Part shown: positions 27,931-38,178 of the stretch, in pieces
How the letters are laid out: each line of letters starts with the position of its first letter
Numbering within the stretch: the stretch's first letter is position 1
Assembly (NCBI GenBank): GCA_021199235.1
Contig: JAJQIL010000072.1
Location: 1,806 to 65,805, forward strand
From: Lachnospiraceae bacterium
GTDB lineage: Bacteria; Bacillota; Clostridia; Lachnospirales; Lachnospiraceae
DNA length: 64,000 bases
Direction of reading: 5' to 3'
Program-made: the position numbers and the translations under genes
The notes under the pieces: generated by a model
What the model was told of the DNA's origin: nothing
Databases searched by the model: none
The model's input: the letters and a program-made list of their open reading frames with translations, nothing else

Positions 27931-28878
27931 GTGAAAAAAATTTCGCTGATCATTCCCTGCTACAATGAGCAGGAAACAGTTCCGCTGTTCTACGCGGAGA
28001 CGAGCCGGGTATTGAACGATATGGACTGTGAGTATGAGTTTGTTTTTGTCAACGATGGCTCGGCTGATGATACCCTGAAAATCATCAAAGAGTTGGCGGA
28101 AACGGACGAACATATCACATATCTGTCTTTTTCAAGAAATTTTGGGAAAGAGGCGGCGATGTATGCCGGTTTTTGCAATGCGGATGGAGACTACGTGGCG
28201 GTCATGGACGCGGATATGCAGGATCCGCCCGCACTGCTTCCGCAGATGGTGGAGCTGCTGGAAGGCGGTGAATATGACAGCGTGGCGACCAGAAGAGTGA
28301 GCCGGAAGGGAGAGTCTCCTGTCAGAAGCTGGTTTGCCAGACGATTCTACCGGCTGATTAACCGCATTTCGGATGCGGACATTGTAGACGGAGCCAGAGA
28401 TTTTCGGCTGATGCGCCGGGAGATGGTGGATGCGATCGTGGAAATGTCGGAGTACAATCGTTTCTCAAAAGGAATTTTCGGCTGGATCGGTTTTCGAACA
28501 TACTGGCTGCCCTATGAAAATGTAGAACGTGTTGCCGGCGAGACAAAATGGAGCTTCTGGAAGCTGGTGAAATATGCGATTGACGGGATTATCAATTTCT
28601 CTCAGGCGCCCTTAAGCATAGCTTCCTGGGGCGGAATCGTTATGACGCTCGTCGCGTTTTTATATATGATCGTGACCTTTGTCCGCAGGCTCCTTTTTGG
28701 GAATCCGGTTGCCGGATGGGCATCCACAATCTGTATTATCATGTTTATCGGCGGCCTGCAGCTGTTTTGCCTTGGCATTATGGGACAATACATTGCCAAG
28801 ATCTATATGGAGACGAAAAACCGGCCGCATTATATTATTTCCGAGTCCAACAAAAAAGAGACAAAGAAGATCAAATAG
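27931..28878 (+). CDS. GT2 polyprenol-phosphate glycosyltransferase (GtrB/YkoT-like)
   Basis: GTG start; IPCYNEQE, VNDGSAD, FSRNFGKEAA, MDADMQDPP, two TMs. Confidence 0.9.
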   Translation: MKKISLIIPCYNEQETVPLFYAETSRVLNDMDCEYEFVFVNDGSADDTLKIIKELAETDEHITYLSFSRNFGKEAAMYAGFCNADGDYVAVMDADMQDPPALLPQMVELLEGGEYDSVATRRVSRKGESPVRSWFARRFYRLINRISDADIVDGARDFRLMRREMVDAIVEMSEYNRFSKGIFGWIGFRTYWLPYENVERVAGETKWSFWKLVKYAIDGIINFSQAPLSIASWGGIVMTLVAFLYMIVTFVRRLLFGNPVAGWASTICIIMFIGGLQLFCLGIMGQYIAKIYMETKNRPHYIISESNKKETKKIK

Positions 28879-28889
28879 GAGTGCTTGCA

Positions 28890-30056
28890 ATGATCGGACA
28901 GAAGAGTGGAAAGGACTGCTGCGGATGCGGTGCGTGCGTACAGGCATGTCCCAGACAATGCATTCAAATGAATACGGACGAAGAAGGCTTCTGGTATCCG
29001 CAGGCGGACAAAGATGCCTGCATTTCCTGCGGCCGCTGTGAGGCGGTCTGTCCTATGCAGATAAAGAGCAGAAAAGATGCGCCGGAGCCGAAGGCCTATG
29101 GCGGCTGGAACCGGGATGAGGCTGCCCGGGAAAAAAGCTCATCGGGAGGCGCGTTTCCGCTTTTTGCGGAGTATATTCTGGAAAATGGCGGTACAGTATA
29201 CGGCGCAGCCATTGATGAAAAAATGAAGGTGGCGCACCGGAGGATTGCCTCGAAAAACGAACTGGAATGCCTGCAGGGATCGAAATATGTTGAGAGTGAT
29301 ATCGGCGATACCTACCTGCAGGCAAAAGAGGATCTGAAGGCTTCCAGGAAGGTTCTGTTTACGGGAACGCCCTGCCAGATCGCCGGTCTGAAGACGTTTC
29401 TGGGCCGTGAGTACGATCTACTTTATACGGTGGATTTTACCTGCCACGGCGTGCCGTCTCCGCTGGTTTTTGAAAAGTATGTTGCGTACCTGAATGATAC
29501 CAGGCAGGATCAGGTAACCGGCTTTTTATTCCGCAACAAAGTGGCCGCCTGGAAACCTACCGGGCAGCAGATGGGAACCATTGTAAAATTTGCTTCCGGG
29601 AAAGAGGAGCAGAATATCCCGGCATACCGTGATCCTTTCATGAATGGCTTTTTATCTGATCTGTATTTGAGAAAAAGCTGCTATGAATGTCCGTTTAAGC
29701 CGGCATATCAGATGGAGCTTCACGCGGATATCACCATCGCGGACTTCTGGGGGGTGCACCATGTGGATCAGGAGCTGAACAATGCCGGAGGCACTTCTCT
29801 GATACTGCTGAACTCCTCTCAGGGTGAGAAATTATTCGAGCAGGTGAGTGATGGATTTGAGGGAAAAGAAATTGATTTTGCTGCGGCAACCCGGCAGAAC
29901 AGGAGTCTGTATCATTCCGCCGGAATGCCTTCCGCAAAGGAAAGAGCCGGTTTTTTTGACAGCCTGCAACACCAGTCCTTTAATCGGACCAGAAAACGCT
30001 ATATGACCGGGCTGTACTGGGCTGTGCATAAATTCCGCGGCCTTTTTTGGAAGTAA
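28890..30056 (+). CDS. Coenzyme F420 hydrogenase beta-subunit-like (FrhB) 4Fe-4S protein
   Basis: CCGCGACVQACP and CISCGRCEAVCP; SSSGGAF; GSKYVES; GTPCQIAG; CHGVPS; DITIADFWG. Confidence 0.88.
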   Translation: MIGQKSGKDCCGCGACVQACPRQCIQMNTDEEGFWYPQADKDACISCGRCEAVCPMQIKSRKDAPEPKAYGGWNRDEAAREKSSSGGAFPLFAEYILENGGTVYGAAIDEKMKVAHRRIASKNELECLQGSKYVESDIGDTYLQAKEDLKASRKVLFTGTPCQIAGLKTFLGREYDLLYTVDFTCHGVPSPLVFEKYVAYLNDTRQDQVTGFLFRNKVAAWKPTGQQMGTIVKFASGKEEQNIPAYRDPFMNGFLSDLYLRKSCYECPFKPAYQMELHADITIADFWGVHHVDQELNNAGGTSLILLNSSQGEKLFEQVSDGFEGKEIDFAAATRQNRSLYHSAGMPSAKERAGFFDSLQHQSFNRTRKRYMTGLYWAVHKFRGLFWK

Positions 30057-30163
30057 ATTGCGTCTGTACTGTGATCGGGCAGGAGGCGGAATGCCGAATC
30101 CTGCTCGCCGCGCGAGGCGCATCCAGCGTCAGCTGGAAAATTTCCATATGCGCCTCTGCGCAT

Positions 30164-30203
30164 AAAAACCGCTGCAGTAAGTTCAGAGACTGCAGCGGTT
30201 TTT
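30164..30203. terminator. Bidirectional intrinsic terminator
   Basis: AAAAACCGCTGCAGT-10 nt-ACTGCAGCGGTTTTT between convergent genes. Confidence 0.85.
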
Positions 30204-30210
30204 TGACAGG

Positions 30211-30717
30211 TCACATCATAATCTTCTGCGTAATGGCCGCCATTTCTTCCGGGCTCTCCGCAGCACCGGAGCCAAGATGGTGGGTCAGTATCGAGAACAG
30301 GCCGCCCCTCTGGAAGTGAGCGGCATAATCCTGTCCGGAAATCTCCGCAGCTTCCGGATGAAGCGTGCGGTACAGATAATCTGTAAATACTGAGAAACAG
30401 TCTACCAGAAGCCCCATCAGACTGGCGTCCTCCAGAAGCTTTGTCAGACCTCTGTTTTTCTGAAACCAGGCGAAGAAGCTGCAGAGTGCCGATTCAATAT
30501 CCTGCTTTTCCTCCGGAATCATCGCCTGGGCGGTTTTGCGAAAATGCTGGATCAGAATATCCTCTTTTGAGGAGTACGTGCGATAGTAGGTCATGCGGGA
30601 TACACCGGCTTTTCTTGCAATGTCAGTGACGGTGATATACTTATATTCTTTTTGCTCCATCAGCAGTATCAGTGCTGTAAAAATACAGTCTTTTGTTGCT
30701 TCCTTGTTCTGCGCCAT
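30211..30717 (-). CDS. TetR/AcrR family regulator
   Basis: ITVTDIARKAGVSRMTYYRTYSSKEDI; start MAQ after AAAGGAG. Confidence 0.9.
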   Translation of the reverse strand: MAQNKEATKDCIFTALILLMEQKEYKYITVTDIARKAGVSRMTYYRTYSSKEDILIQHFRKTAQAMIPEEKQDIESALCSFFAWFQKNRGLTKLLEDASLMGLLVDCFSVFTDYLYRTLHPEAAEISGQDYAAHFQRGGLFSILTHHLGSGAAESPEEMAAITQKIMM

Positions 30718-30804
30718 TGGCTGCGCTCCTTTCTTATTTGACAAATCTGGCGTTTTGTATAACCAGTGAAGATACGGAACAATTCTCACATTGTTTTATT
30801 ACGA

Positions 30805-30842
30805 GTAACTGTTCAGTACCTTCACAGGTCCTGAATAGTTAC
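30805..30842. repeat. Family-2 REP-like palindrome (long form)
   Basis: GTAACTGTTCAG...CTGAATAGTTAC flanked by TATTACGA / CATTACGA. Confidence 0.85.
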
Positions 30843-30844
30843 CA

Positions 30845-31360
30845 TTACGATTCATATATGCCGTTGATGGTGACTTCGAATACGGCTTCCTGTCCGTTCA
30901 GATCGTCTACCCCGTAATCCTCCGGGAAGGTTACTGTGACATCTACCGTATCTCCCGGATGGTATCCGATAAGCTGCTCCTCAAAATCATCAATGTACGT
31001 GCCGGAGCCAATTGTGAGATCTGTGCCGGCTCCATTGGTGCTGCCGCCCGAGAATTCGACGCCGTCAATCGAACCGACATAGTCGATATTCACGGTATCG
31101 CCGTCCTCAATCGTCAGTGAGGTGTCGGTCGAATAAGTGGTCTCAGCACTTTCGGTGATGCTTTCCGTTGAGGATTCCTCTGCGTCGTCTGAGGAACTGA
31201 AAGGCCTGACGGCGTCAACGATGATGACAATGATCAGAATCGCGATCAGAGCGGATGGGATTCCAATGGAGAGATATTTTTTAATCTTTGCCTTTTTCTC
31301 TTTTTGACGTCTCTCTTCCGCACGCCTTTCCTGCGCCATTTTTTTGTTTTCTTTTTTCAT
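30845..31360 (-). CDS. Membrane-anchored FKBP-type PPIase (trigger-factor-like domain)
   Basis: N-terminal TM; GDTVNIDYVGSIDGVEFSGG...IGSGTYIDDFEEQLIG...VTFPEDY. Confidence 0.88.
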   Translation of the reverse strand: MKKENKKMAQERRAEERRQKEKKAKIKKYLSIGIPSALIAILIIVIIVDAVRPFSSSDDAEESSTESITESAETTYSTDTSLTIEDGDTVNIDYVGSIDGVEFSGGSTNGAGTDLTIGSGTYIDDFEEQLIGYHPGDTVDVTVTFPEDYGVDDLNGQEAVFEVTINGIYES

Positions 31361-31781
31361 GTAGGTGTCCTCCCTGTTTTTTGTGTCTTTATGCCGTTTT
31401 TTATAACCTTAATCAAAATATGTGCCCATTTTGTGTTCGAACTGCGAAGAATCTGTCAAAGCGGCAGGAAGTGTCACCTTTTACATGTAGTGGCATTCGC
31501 GAAGCGGGCATGAAAGTTTAGAAACCATACAGAAAGGTTAGAAAAATTTAAGGAACATAATAGGCAAATATGTAACAAAACAAAAACGGACGGCTTGATT
31601 TTCTGAAATTGGAAAGATATACTCTTTGTGGCATGATTATGGCAGAAAACGGGCTATTCAGAACCTGGCCTCGCTATGGAACAGTTATAAATGAAAGGGC
31701 ATGCGAAAATGCCGCAAAATATTCCGCGGCAGGAAGCAGATAAATCAGAAAAAGAATGAAAATGGAACAGGAGGCTTTCTT

Positions 31782-33545
31782 GTGGGTAAAGTAATAGGAA
31801 TTGATCTTGGAACGACAAACAGCTGTGTATCAGTAGTAGAAAATGACCAGCCGGTCATTATCCCGAATCCGACAGGAGGGCGCACAACGCCGAGTGTGGT
31901 GGCATTCACGAAGAACGGGGAACGTCTGGTCGGCGACGCGGCGCGGCGGCAGGCCGTGACAAATTCGGGACGTACGATCACATCGGTCAAACGACACATG
32001 GGTACGGACTGGGATATCCGCATTGACGGAAAAGAATACAAGCCGCAGACGATCAGCGCAATGATCCTGATGCAGCTGAAAAAAGACGCCGAGGATTTTC
32101 TCGGGGAGCCGGTGACGGAGGCGGTCATCACGGTTCCGGCGTATTTTAATGATATTCAGCGGCAGGCGACAAAGGATGCCGGACGCATCGCCGGACTGGA
32201 CGTGAAGCGTATCATCAACGAGCCGACGAGCGCGGCGCTTTCCTATGGACTGGATCATGGGGACGCGCAGAAGGTTATGGTCTACGATCTTGGCGGCGGC
32301 ACATTTGATGTCTCGATCATCGAGATCGGAGAGGGACTGATCGAAGTGCTTTCCACCTCCGGAGACAATCATCTGGGCGGCGACGACTTTGACGAGCGCA
32401 TCAGCGGCTGGCTGGTTTCGGAATTCAAGGCCGAGTACCGCATGGATGTTTCCCGTGATTTTGCGGCGATGCAGCGGATCAAAGAGGCGGCGGAGCAGGC
32501 GAAAAAGGAGCTTTCTACCGCAGACAGCACAAATATTGTGCTCCCCTATCTGACACAGATCAAGGGCGAGCCGGTCCATCTGGAGCGTACCCTGACAAGA
32601 AATAAATTTAATGAGCTGACGGAGGATCTGGTGCGGCGCACGGAGATTCCGGTACAGACTGCGCTTTCGGACGCGGGGATCACAGCGGCGCAGCTGGGGC
32701 GTGTGCTGCTGGTCGGCGGCTCGACCAGGATTCCGGCTGTCCAGCAAAAGGTCTTCCAGCTGACCGGCAAAGAGCCGTCTAAGAACATCAACCCGGATGA
32801 GTGTGTGGCGCAGGGTGCGGCCATCCTGGGCAGTACGCTGCAGGGCAATTCCCTGATGGCGGCGGACACCGGGATGGATCTGCTGCTGATGGACGTTACG
32901 CCGTTAAGCCTTTCCATCGAGACGGTGGGCGGCGTAGCAACACGGCTGGTAGAGCGCAACACGACCGTGCCGACCCGCTATTCGCGCGTGTTCTCGACCG
33001 CGGCGGCCTATCAGCGCGATGTGGAGATCAACGTCCTGCAGGGCGAGCGCACCATGGCGCGGGACAACAAGTCTATCGGCAAATTCCGCTTAAAGGGCAT
33101 CCGCCGCGCACCGGCAGGTGTGCCGCAGATTGAAGTGACCTTCGATATCGATGCGAATGGCATCCTGAAGGTTTCCGCGAAAGACCTCGATACGCAGAAA
33201 GAGCAATCCATCACCATCACGGCGGACGACCGTATGTCTGACGCTGAGATCCAGCAGGCGATGCGGGATGCACAGGAATACGCCGGACAGGATGTACAGC
33301 GGCGTGAAGCCATCGAGATCACCAACGAGGCACAGAGCCTGCTTGCCAAAGCCAATCAGGCCTACAAGGAGCGGAAAAAGGAACTGGACAAGAACGCGTC
33401 CAAACAGATCAAGAACGACATCAACGCTCTGCAGAAAGCCCTTTCCAAATTCCGCCTGGACAAGATGACCGATCAGGATCTGGAGAACGTGAAGATGGCG
33501 AAAGCGGCGTTGGAGAGCTCCAGCGCACAGTATCTGGGGATGTGA
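31782..33545 (+). CDS. Hsp70/DnaK paralogue with a short C-terminus
   Basis: [43 protein letters not shown]; GTG start after GGAGG. Confidence 0.92.
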   Translation: MGKVIGIDLGTTNSCVSVVENDQPVIIPNPTGGRTTPSVVAFTKNGERLVGDAARRQAVTNSGRTITSVKRHMGTDWDIRIDGKEYKPQTISAMILMQLKKDAEDFLGEPVTEAVITVPAYFNDIQRQATKDAGRIAGLDVKRIINEPTSAALSYGLDHGDAQKVMVYDLGGGTFDVSIIEIGEGLIEVLSTSGDNHLGGDDFDERISGWLVSEFKAEYRMDVSRDFAAMQRIKEAAEQAKKELSTADSTNIVLPYLTQIKGEPVHLERTLTRNKFNELTEDLVRRTEIPVQTALSDAGITAAQLGRVLLVGGSTRIPAVQQKVFQLTGKEPSKNINPDECVAQGAAILGSTLQGNSLMAADTGMDLLLMDVTPLSLSIETVGGVATRLVERNTTVPTRYSRVFSTAAAYQRDVEINVLQGERTMARDNKSIGKFRLKGIRRAPAGVPQIEVTFDIDANGILKVSAKDLDTQKEQSITITADDRMSDAEIQQAMRDAQEYAGQDVQRREAIEITNEAQSLLAKANQAYKERKKELDKNASKQIKNDINALQKALSKFRLDKMTDQDLENVKMAKAALESSSAQYLGM

Positions 33546-33629
33546 CCTGGAAACTGTGATATCCGGAAGGCAATGCCGGAAAGTGGCCGGAGAAAACAGA
33601 AGATTTTCAGTGAAAATAGATTATGCATG

Positions 33630-33664
33630 AAAAAAAGCAGCCACATGACCTGTGACTGCTTTTT
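33630..33664. terminator. Bidirectional intrinsic terminator
   Basis: A7-GCAGCCACA-TGACC-TGTGACTGC-T5. Confidence 0.8.
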
Positions 33665-33697
33665 ATTACACATTCCTGTCGGAACAGACTCCAGAAT

Positions 33698-34678
33698 CTA
33701 AGCCATTACCGCTGTGATCAGCGCCATCTTGTACACCTCGTCTGCGTTGCAGCCGCGGGACAGATCGTTGATCGGTGCGTTCAGACCCTGAAGGATCGGG
33801 CCGTAAGCGTCGAAGCCGCCCAGTCTCTGCGCGATCTTGTAGCCGATGTTGCCTGACTGGATCTCCGGGAAGATGAAGGTGTTCGCCTGACCGGCTACCG
33901 GGGAGCCCGGGAACTTCAGCTGTCCAACCTCAGGAGAAACGGCCGCGTCAAACTGCATCTCGCCGTCTACCTTCATATCCGGATATGCTGCTTTGATCTT
34001 CGCCGTTGCGTTCGCTACCTTTGTCACATCATCGCCCTTGCCGGAGCCCTTCGTCGAGAAGCTCAGCATCGCTACCTTCGGATCGATTCCGAAATAGGAA
34101 GCGGTCTTGGCCGTCTCTACAGCGGTCTCTACCAGCGCGTCCTCATCCGGCGCAATCTGGATCGCGCAGTCGCCCATTGCGATACGCTCTTCCTTGCCGT
34201 CCTTTTCACGGATCAGGATAAAGCTGGAGCTGACGCTCTTGTTGCCAGGTTTGGTCTTGATCAGCTGCAGTGCCGGACGTACTGTATCCGCGGTCGAATA
34301 GGTAGCGCCGCCAAGAAGTGCGTCCGCCACGCCCATCTTTACCAGCATGGTGCCGAAATAGTTGCCTTTCTTCAGGCTCTCGCGGCACTGCTCCTCGGTC
34401 ATTTTGCCCTTGCGCAGCTCGACCATTTTCGCCACCATTTCTTCCATGCCCTCATAGGTCAGAGGATCAAGAATTGTGACTCCGTCGATGCAGAAGCCGC
34501 CTTTTTCAGCTGCTGCCTTTACCTCATCGACATTGCCGACCAGCACCGGCTGCAGGAAATCGCCGCCCTTTACCAGACGATCCGTAGCAGAAAGAATACG
34601 CGCATCCGTGCCCTCGGTAAATACGATCTTCTTCGGGCTCTTTTTCAGTGTTTCGGTAAGTGTCTCAAACAAATCCAT
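33698..34678 (-). CDS. pta: Phosphate acetyltransferase
   Basis: IVFTEGTDARIL, GDCAI, VAMLSFST, DGEMQFDAA, GNIGYKIAQRLG, DLSRGC. Confidence 0.95.
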   Translation of the reverse strand: MDLFETLTETLKKSPKKIVFTEGTDARILSATDRLVKGGDFLQPVLVGNVDEVKAAAEKGGFCIDGVTILDPLTYEGMEEMVAKMVELRKGKMTEEQCRESLKKGNYFGTMLVKMGVADALLGGATYSTADTVRPALQLIKTKPGNKSVSSSFILIREKDGKEERIAMGDCAIQIAPDEDALVETAVETAKTASYFGIDPKVAMLSFSTKGSGKGDDVTKVANATAKIKAAYPDMKVDGEMQFDAAVSPEVGQLKFPGSPVAGQANTFIFPEIQSGNIGYKIAQRLGGFDAYGPILQGLNAPINDLSRGCNADEVYKMALITAVMA

Positions 34679-35022
34679 AGGTTTCGCCTCCGTAGATATT
34701 TATTGTATGTATTTCGGCAAGCGGCAAATCCGCACGCTCCTTCACAGCAGAAAGAGCAGCACAGGCCGTTTTGCCTTCTGCTATCAATTTACCACTAAGT
34801 TTTTTCTATTTCAACAAGTATTTGTATTTTTTCACTGCAAAGAGTTTTTACCGGATTTCATAGACGAATATCATAAATAAAAGCCTGAAAAATATTCTCA
34901 TCCCCCCGGATTTCTGTACTACAATAAAAAAGTCTATTCAGAACAGTTACAAATTTTAAGTTAAGGGAGAATTATATGGCGACAAAATTGACTGATGCGA
35001 CTTCCATTGAAGATATTATAAA

Positions 35023-35106
35023 GGGGATTTGCGTAAACTTTCACAAATAATGAATGGGGATATGCGTTATATTTATAATTGTAAATACGGGGATTCGTGG
35101 TATAAT
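35023..35106 (+). repeat. Degenerate 33-bp-period array (GGGGAT x3) ending in an extended -10 box
   Basis: GGGGAT at 35023, 35056 and 35089; TG-N-TATAAT at 35098-35106. Confidence 0.75.
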
Positions 35107-35131
35107 ATGTTCTGAGGAAGGTGAAACAGAC

Positions 35132-36472
35132 ATGATCAAAACTGTTTTCAGAAGAAAAATATATGATGAAATGCTCGACTGGAAAGAAAGGCGCAGCGAC
35201 AAATATGCTCTTTTGATTAAAGGGGCAAGGCGTGTTGGAAAATCGACTATAGCGAAGGAATTCGCCAGAAAAAATTTCAGGTCATACATTTTGATAGACT
35301 TTGCGCATACCAGCAGAGAAATCATGGAATTGTTTGATGACACATATAATCTGGATTTTTTCTTTTTACAGCTACAGCAATTAACCGGCGTCAGGCTGTA
35401 TAAAAATGAGTCTGTAATTATATTTGATGAGGTCCAATTGCTCCCAAGGGCCAGGCAGGCTATTAAATATCTTGTGGCTGACGGAAGATATAAGTATATT
35501 GAAACAGGGTCACTTTTATCGATCAGGAAAAATACAAAGGATATATTAATTCCCAGTGAAGAGCACAGAATATCAATGTATCCTATGGACTTTGAAGAAT
35601 TTTTATGGGCCATAGGTGATGATATCACGGCGGACACGATCAGTCTTCTTTTAAAAAACAGAAGGGCGGCAGGTAATGCGCTGCACAGAAATCTGATGCG
35701 TATATTCAGATTGTATATGCTGATCGGCGGAATGCCTCAGGCTGTTGAATGCTATCTGGAACATAATAATCTGCAGGCGGTTGACGAAGTAAAAAGAGAA
35801 ATCGTAGATTTATATGAGGAAGATTTTACAAAGATAGACGGTACGGGACTGGCCGGCGATATCTATGATTCGATCCCGGCCAGTCTTACGGGTAATGCAT
35901 CCAGATATTTGTTATCAAACGCAAGAGAGGGCACACGTGCAGAGCAGGTACGTGGATTAATACCGGATATTCTAAGCACATATACGGTAAATATTGCTTA
36001 TCATGCCAATAATCCTGCTGTGGGGATGTCACTTGAAAAGGATGCGGGACGATATAAGCTGTTTACATCAGATGTGGGATTGTTTGTGACTCTTGCATTT
36101 AAGGATAAACAGTATACTGACAATATTATTTATAATAAGCTCCTTTCGGATAAGCTGGAAGCAAATTTGGAATATGTATATGAAAATGCTGTAGCACAGA
36201 TGCTGACAGCGAAGGGCAATCATCTTTTTTATTATACGATGGAGAGTGATACGTCAAATCATTTATATGAAATAGATTTTCTTCTCTCTGTGGGAAATAA
36301 AATTAATCCTGTGGAGGTAAAATCCGGTAACTACAGGAACCATAAATCCTTAGACGTTTTTTGCGATAAATATAGCAGTCGTATCAAAGACAGGTATATT
36401 GTCCATACGAAAGATTATAAGTGGGAGAATGGCATCCATTATTTGCCAATATATATGATCCCGTTTCTATAA
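35132..36472 (+). CDS. AAA_14 ATPase + DUF4143 protein
   Basis: GARRVGKST, IFDEVQ, ETGS, GGMP, EIDF...PVEVKSG, YLPIYM. Confidence 0.88.
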   Translation: MIKTVFRRKIYDEMLDWKERRSDKYALLIKGARRVGKSTIAKEFARKNFRSYILIDFAHTSREIMELFDDTYNLDFFFLQLQQLTGVRLYKNESVIIFDEVQLLPRARQAIKYLVADGRYKYIETGSLLSIRKNTKDILIPSEEHRISMYPMDFEEFLWAIGDDITADTISLLLKNRRAAGNALHRNLMRIFRLYMLIGGMPQAVECYLEHNNLQAVDEVKREIVDLYEEDFTKIDGTGLAGDIYDSIPASLTGNASRYLLSNAREGTRAEQVRGLIPDILSTYTVNIAYHANNPAVGMSLEKDAGRYKLFTSDVGLFVTLAFKDKQYTDNIIYNKLLSDKLEANLEYVYENAVAQMLTAKGNHLFYYTMESDTSNHLYEIDFLLSVGNKINPVEVKSGNYRNHKSLDVFCDKYSSRIKDRYIVHTKDYKWENGIHYLPIYMIPFL

Positions 36473-36574
36473 TTAGATGGACGCACGGCTAAAGTGCAGC
36501 TGACGCCATTTACGCCGTTTTTTCTGGTTAGCATACGAGTAACACCGCCGTCAGCAGGTTTCGTAGCTGATTTT

Positions 36575-36777
36575 ATGGAGGAAACGACAATAGTATCAGG
36601 GAGCTGCGGGAAAGTACAGGCATGAACCGAAAGGAATTTTGCGAATATTTTCAAATCCCTTATAGAACAGTCACAGACTGGGAATTGGGCAACAGACACG
36701 CACCAGAGTACGTGATCCGGCTGCTGGCCTATTACATTCAAACGGAAAACATTCACAAGGAGGCAAGCAGGCAATGA
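36575..36777 (+). pseudogene. Small XRE-type HTH protein; 5' end out of frame (intact ORF only 36622-36777)
   Basis: IRELRESTGMNRKEFCEYFQIPYRTVTDWELGNRHAPEYV; the ATG at 36575 is in another frame. Confidence 0.65.
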
Positions 36778-37757
36778 GCCAATCCAATATTATCATGTAT
36801 ACAACGGAAGATGGTTTGACGAAGATAGAGGCCACTTTTGACGAGGATACGGTATGGCTTTCTATTGATCAGATGGCGGAATTGTTTCAACGAGATAAAT
36901 CAACCATTTCCCGGCATATTAAAAATATTTTTACTGAGGGTGAGCTTTTCAAACCGGCAGTTGTTGCAAAATTTGCAACAACTGCAACTGATGGTAAAAC
37001 CTATCAAGTTGAGTATTATAATCTCGATGTTATAATTTCTGTCGGTTATCGGGTGAAATCCCTGCGAGGGACACAATTCCGCATATGGGCGAGTGGTATC
37101 CTGAAAGAGTATATGAAAAAAGGATTTGCGCTGGACGATGATCGCTTGAAGCGATTGGGCGGTGGCAATTACTTTGATGAGTTGCTGGCCCGCATACGTG
37201 ACATTCGTTCTTCTGAAAAGGTTTTTTGGCGCAAGGTTCTGGAGATTTATGCTACCAGCATTGATTATGACCCAAAGGCAGAGTCTTCTATCTTATTCTT
37301 TAAGCAGGTGCAGAACAAAATGCATTGGGCAGCACATAAGCACACGGCGGCAGAAATTGTGTATGAACGAGCGGATGCAGATAAGGAAAATATGGGGCTG
37401 ACCTCCTGGTCAGGGAAACAGATTAGACGTGCAGATACGGAGATCGCCAGGAACTATCTGACACAGTCGGAACTGGATGCGTTGAATAAAATCGTGACGG
37501 CGTATCTGGATATTGCAGAAGTTCGTGCTTTGGAGCATGAACCCATGTATATGAAAGACTGGCTGGAAACGATTGATGATTATCTGAAAATGACACGGCG
37601 GGATATATTGTCTACAAAGGGACGTGTCACTCATCAGCAGGCAATCCAGAGAGCCCATGAGGAATATGCAAAATATCAGAAGAAGCAGGATGAGCAGCTG
37701 TCCCTTGTCGAACAGCATTTTATAGAGAGTATAAAAGAATTGGAGGCACTGGAATAA
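36774..37757 (+). CDS. Virulence RhuM family protein
   Basis: WLSIDQMAELF, YYNLDVIISVGYRVKSLRGTQFRIWA, LARIRDIRSSEK. Confidence 0.9.
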   Translation: MSQSNIIMYTTEDGLTKIEATFDEDTVWLSIDQMAELFQRDKSTISRHIKNIFTEGELFKPAVVAKFATTATDGKTYQVEYYNLDVIISVGYRVKSLRGTQFRIWASGILKEYMKKGFALDDDRLKRLGGGNYFDELLARIRDIRSSEKVFWRKVLEIYATSIDYDPKAESSILFFKQVQNKMHWAAHKHTAAEIVYERADADKENMGLTSWSGKQIRRADTEIARNYLTQSELDALNKIVTAYLDIAEVRALEHEPMYMKDWLETIDDYLKMTRRDILSTKGRVTHQQAIQRAHEEYAKYQKKQDEQLSLVEQHFIESIKELEALE

Positions 37758-37902
37758 TTTGACGGATGACACATGACGTGTTTTTTGACTGCGGGAAGGG
37801 ATGGATTAAAAAAGGATTACTTAAATGAAGACAGACAGATTGATTGGAATTTAATCGATATTGCTGCAGAAAGCAATCAAAAACCAGCCATTTGGTGATA
37901 AT

Positions 37903-38178
37903 ATATATCCTTCTTATGCCTGCTTTGCCTATGAACGTATGATGCCGAAATTAAATACGGAAAATCCAGAAGTGAGAGAGTATTTCTGCAAGGTTGGACA
38001 GTATTGGGTAAAAGAATTTGGCATTGATGGGTGGAGACTGGATGTTGCCAGCGAAATAGATGATGGATTTTGGAGAGCTTTTCGTAAATCGGTAAAATCA
38101 GTCAATCCGGATGCAATCCTGATTGGCGAGGTCTGGGAGAGTGCTGGTCACTGGCTGCAGGGGGATATTTTTGATTCC
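37903..38178 (+). pseudogene. Internal fragment of a GH13 (neopullulanase-like) enzyme
   Basis: MPKLNTENPEV...GIDGWRLDVASE...GEVW catalytic motifs; no N- or C-terminus. Confidence 0.85.

Noticed and set aside
31500-31781. CIRCE/HrcA site upstream of the dnaK-like gene
   Set aside because: No TTAGCACTC-N9-GAGTGCTAA found
34680-34800. Structured pta leader as a c-di-GMP or other riboswitch
   Set aside because: Has stems and a GGCAAA-like word but lacks the rest of any consensus I know
35023-35106. 33-bp-period array as a CRISPR array
   Set aside because: The conserved part is only ~6-12 bp, there is no repeat-spacer structure of CRISPR size, and no cas genes are present
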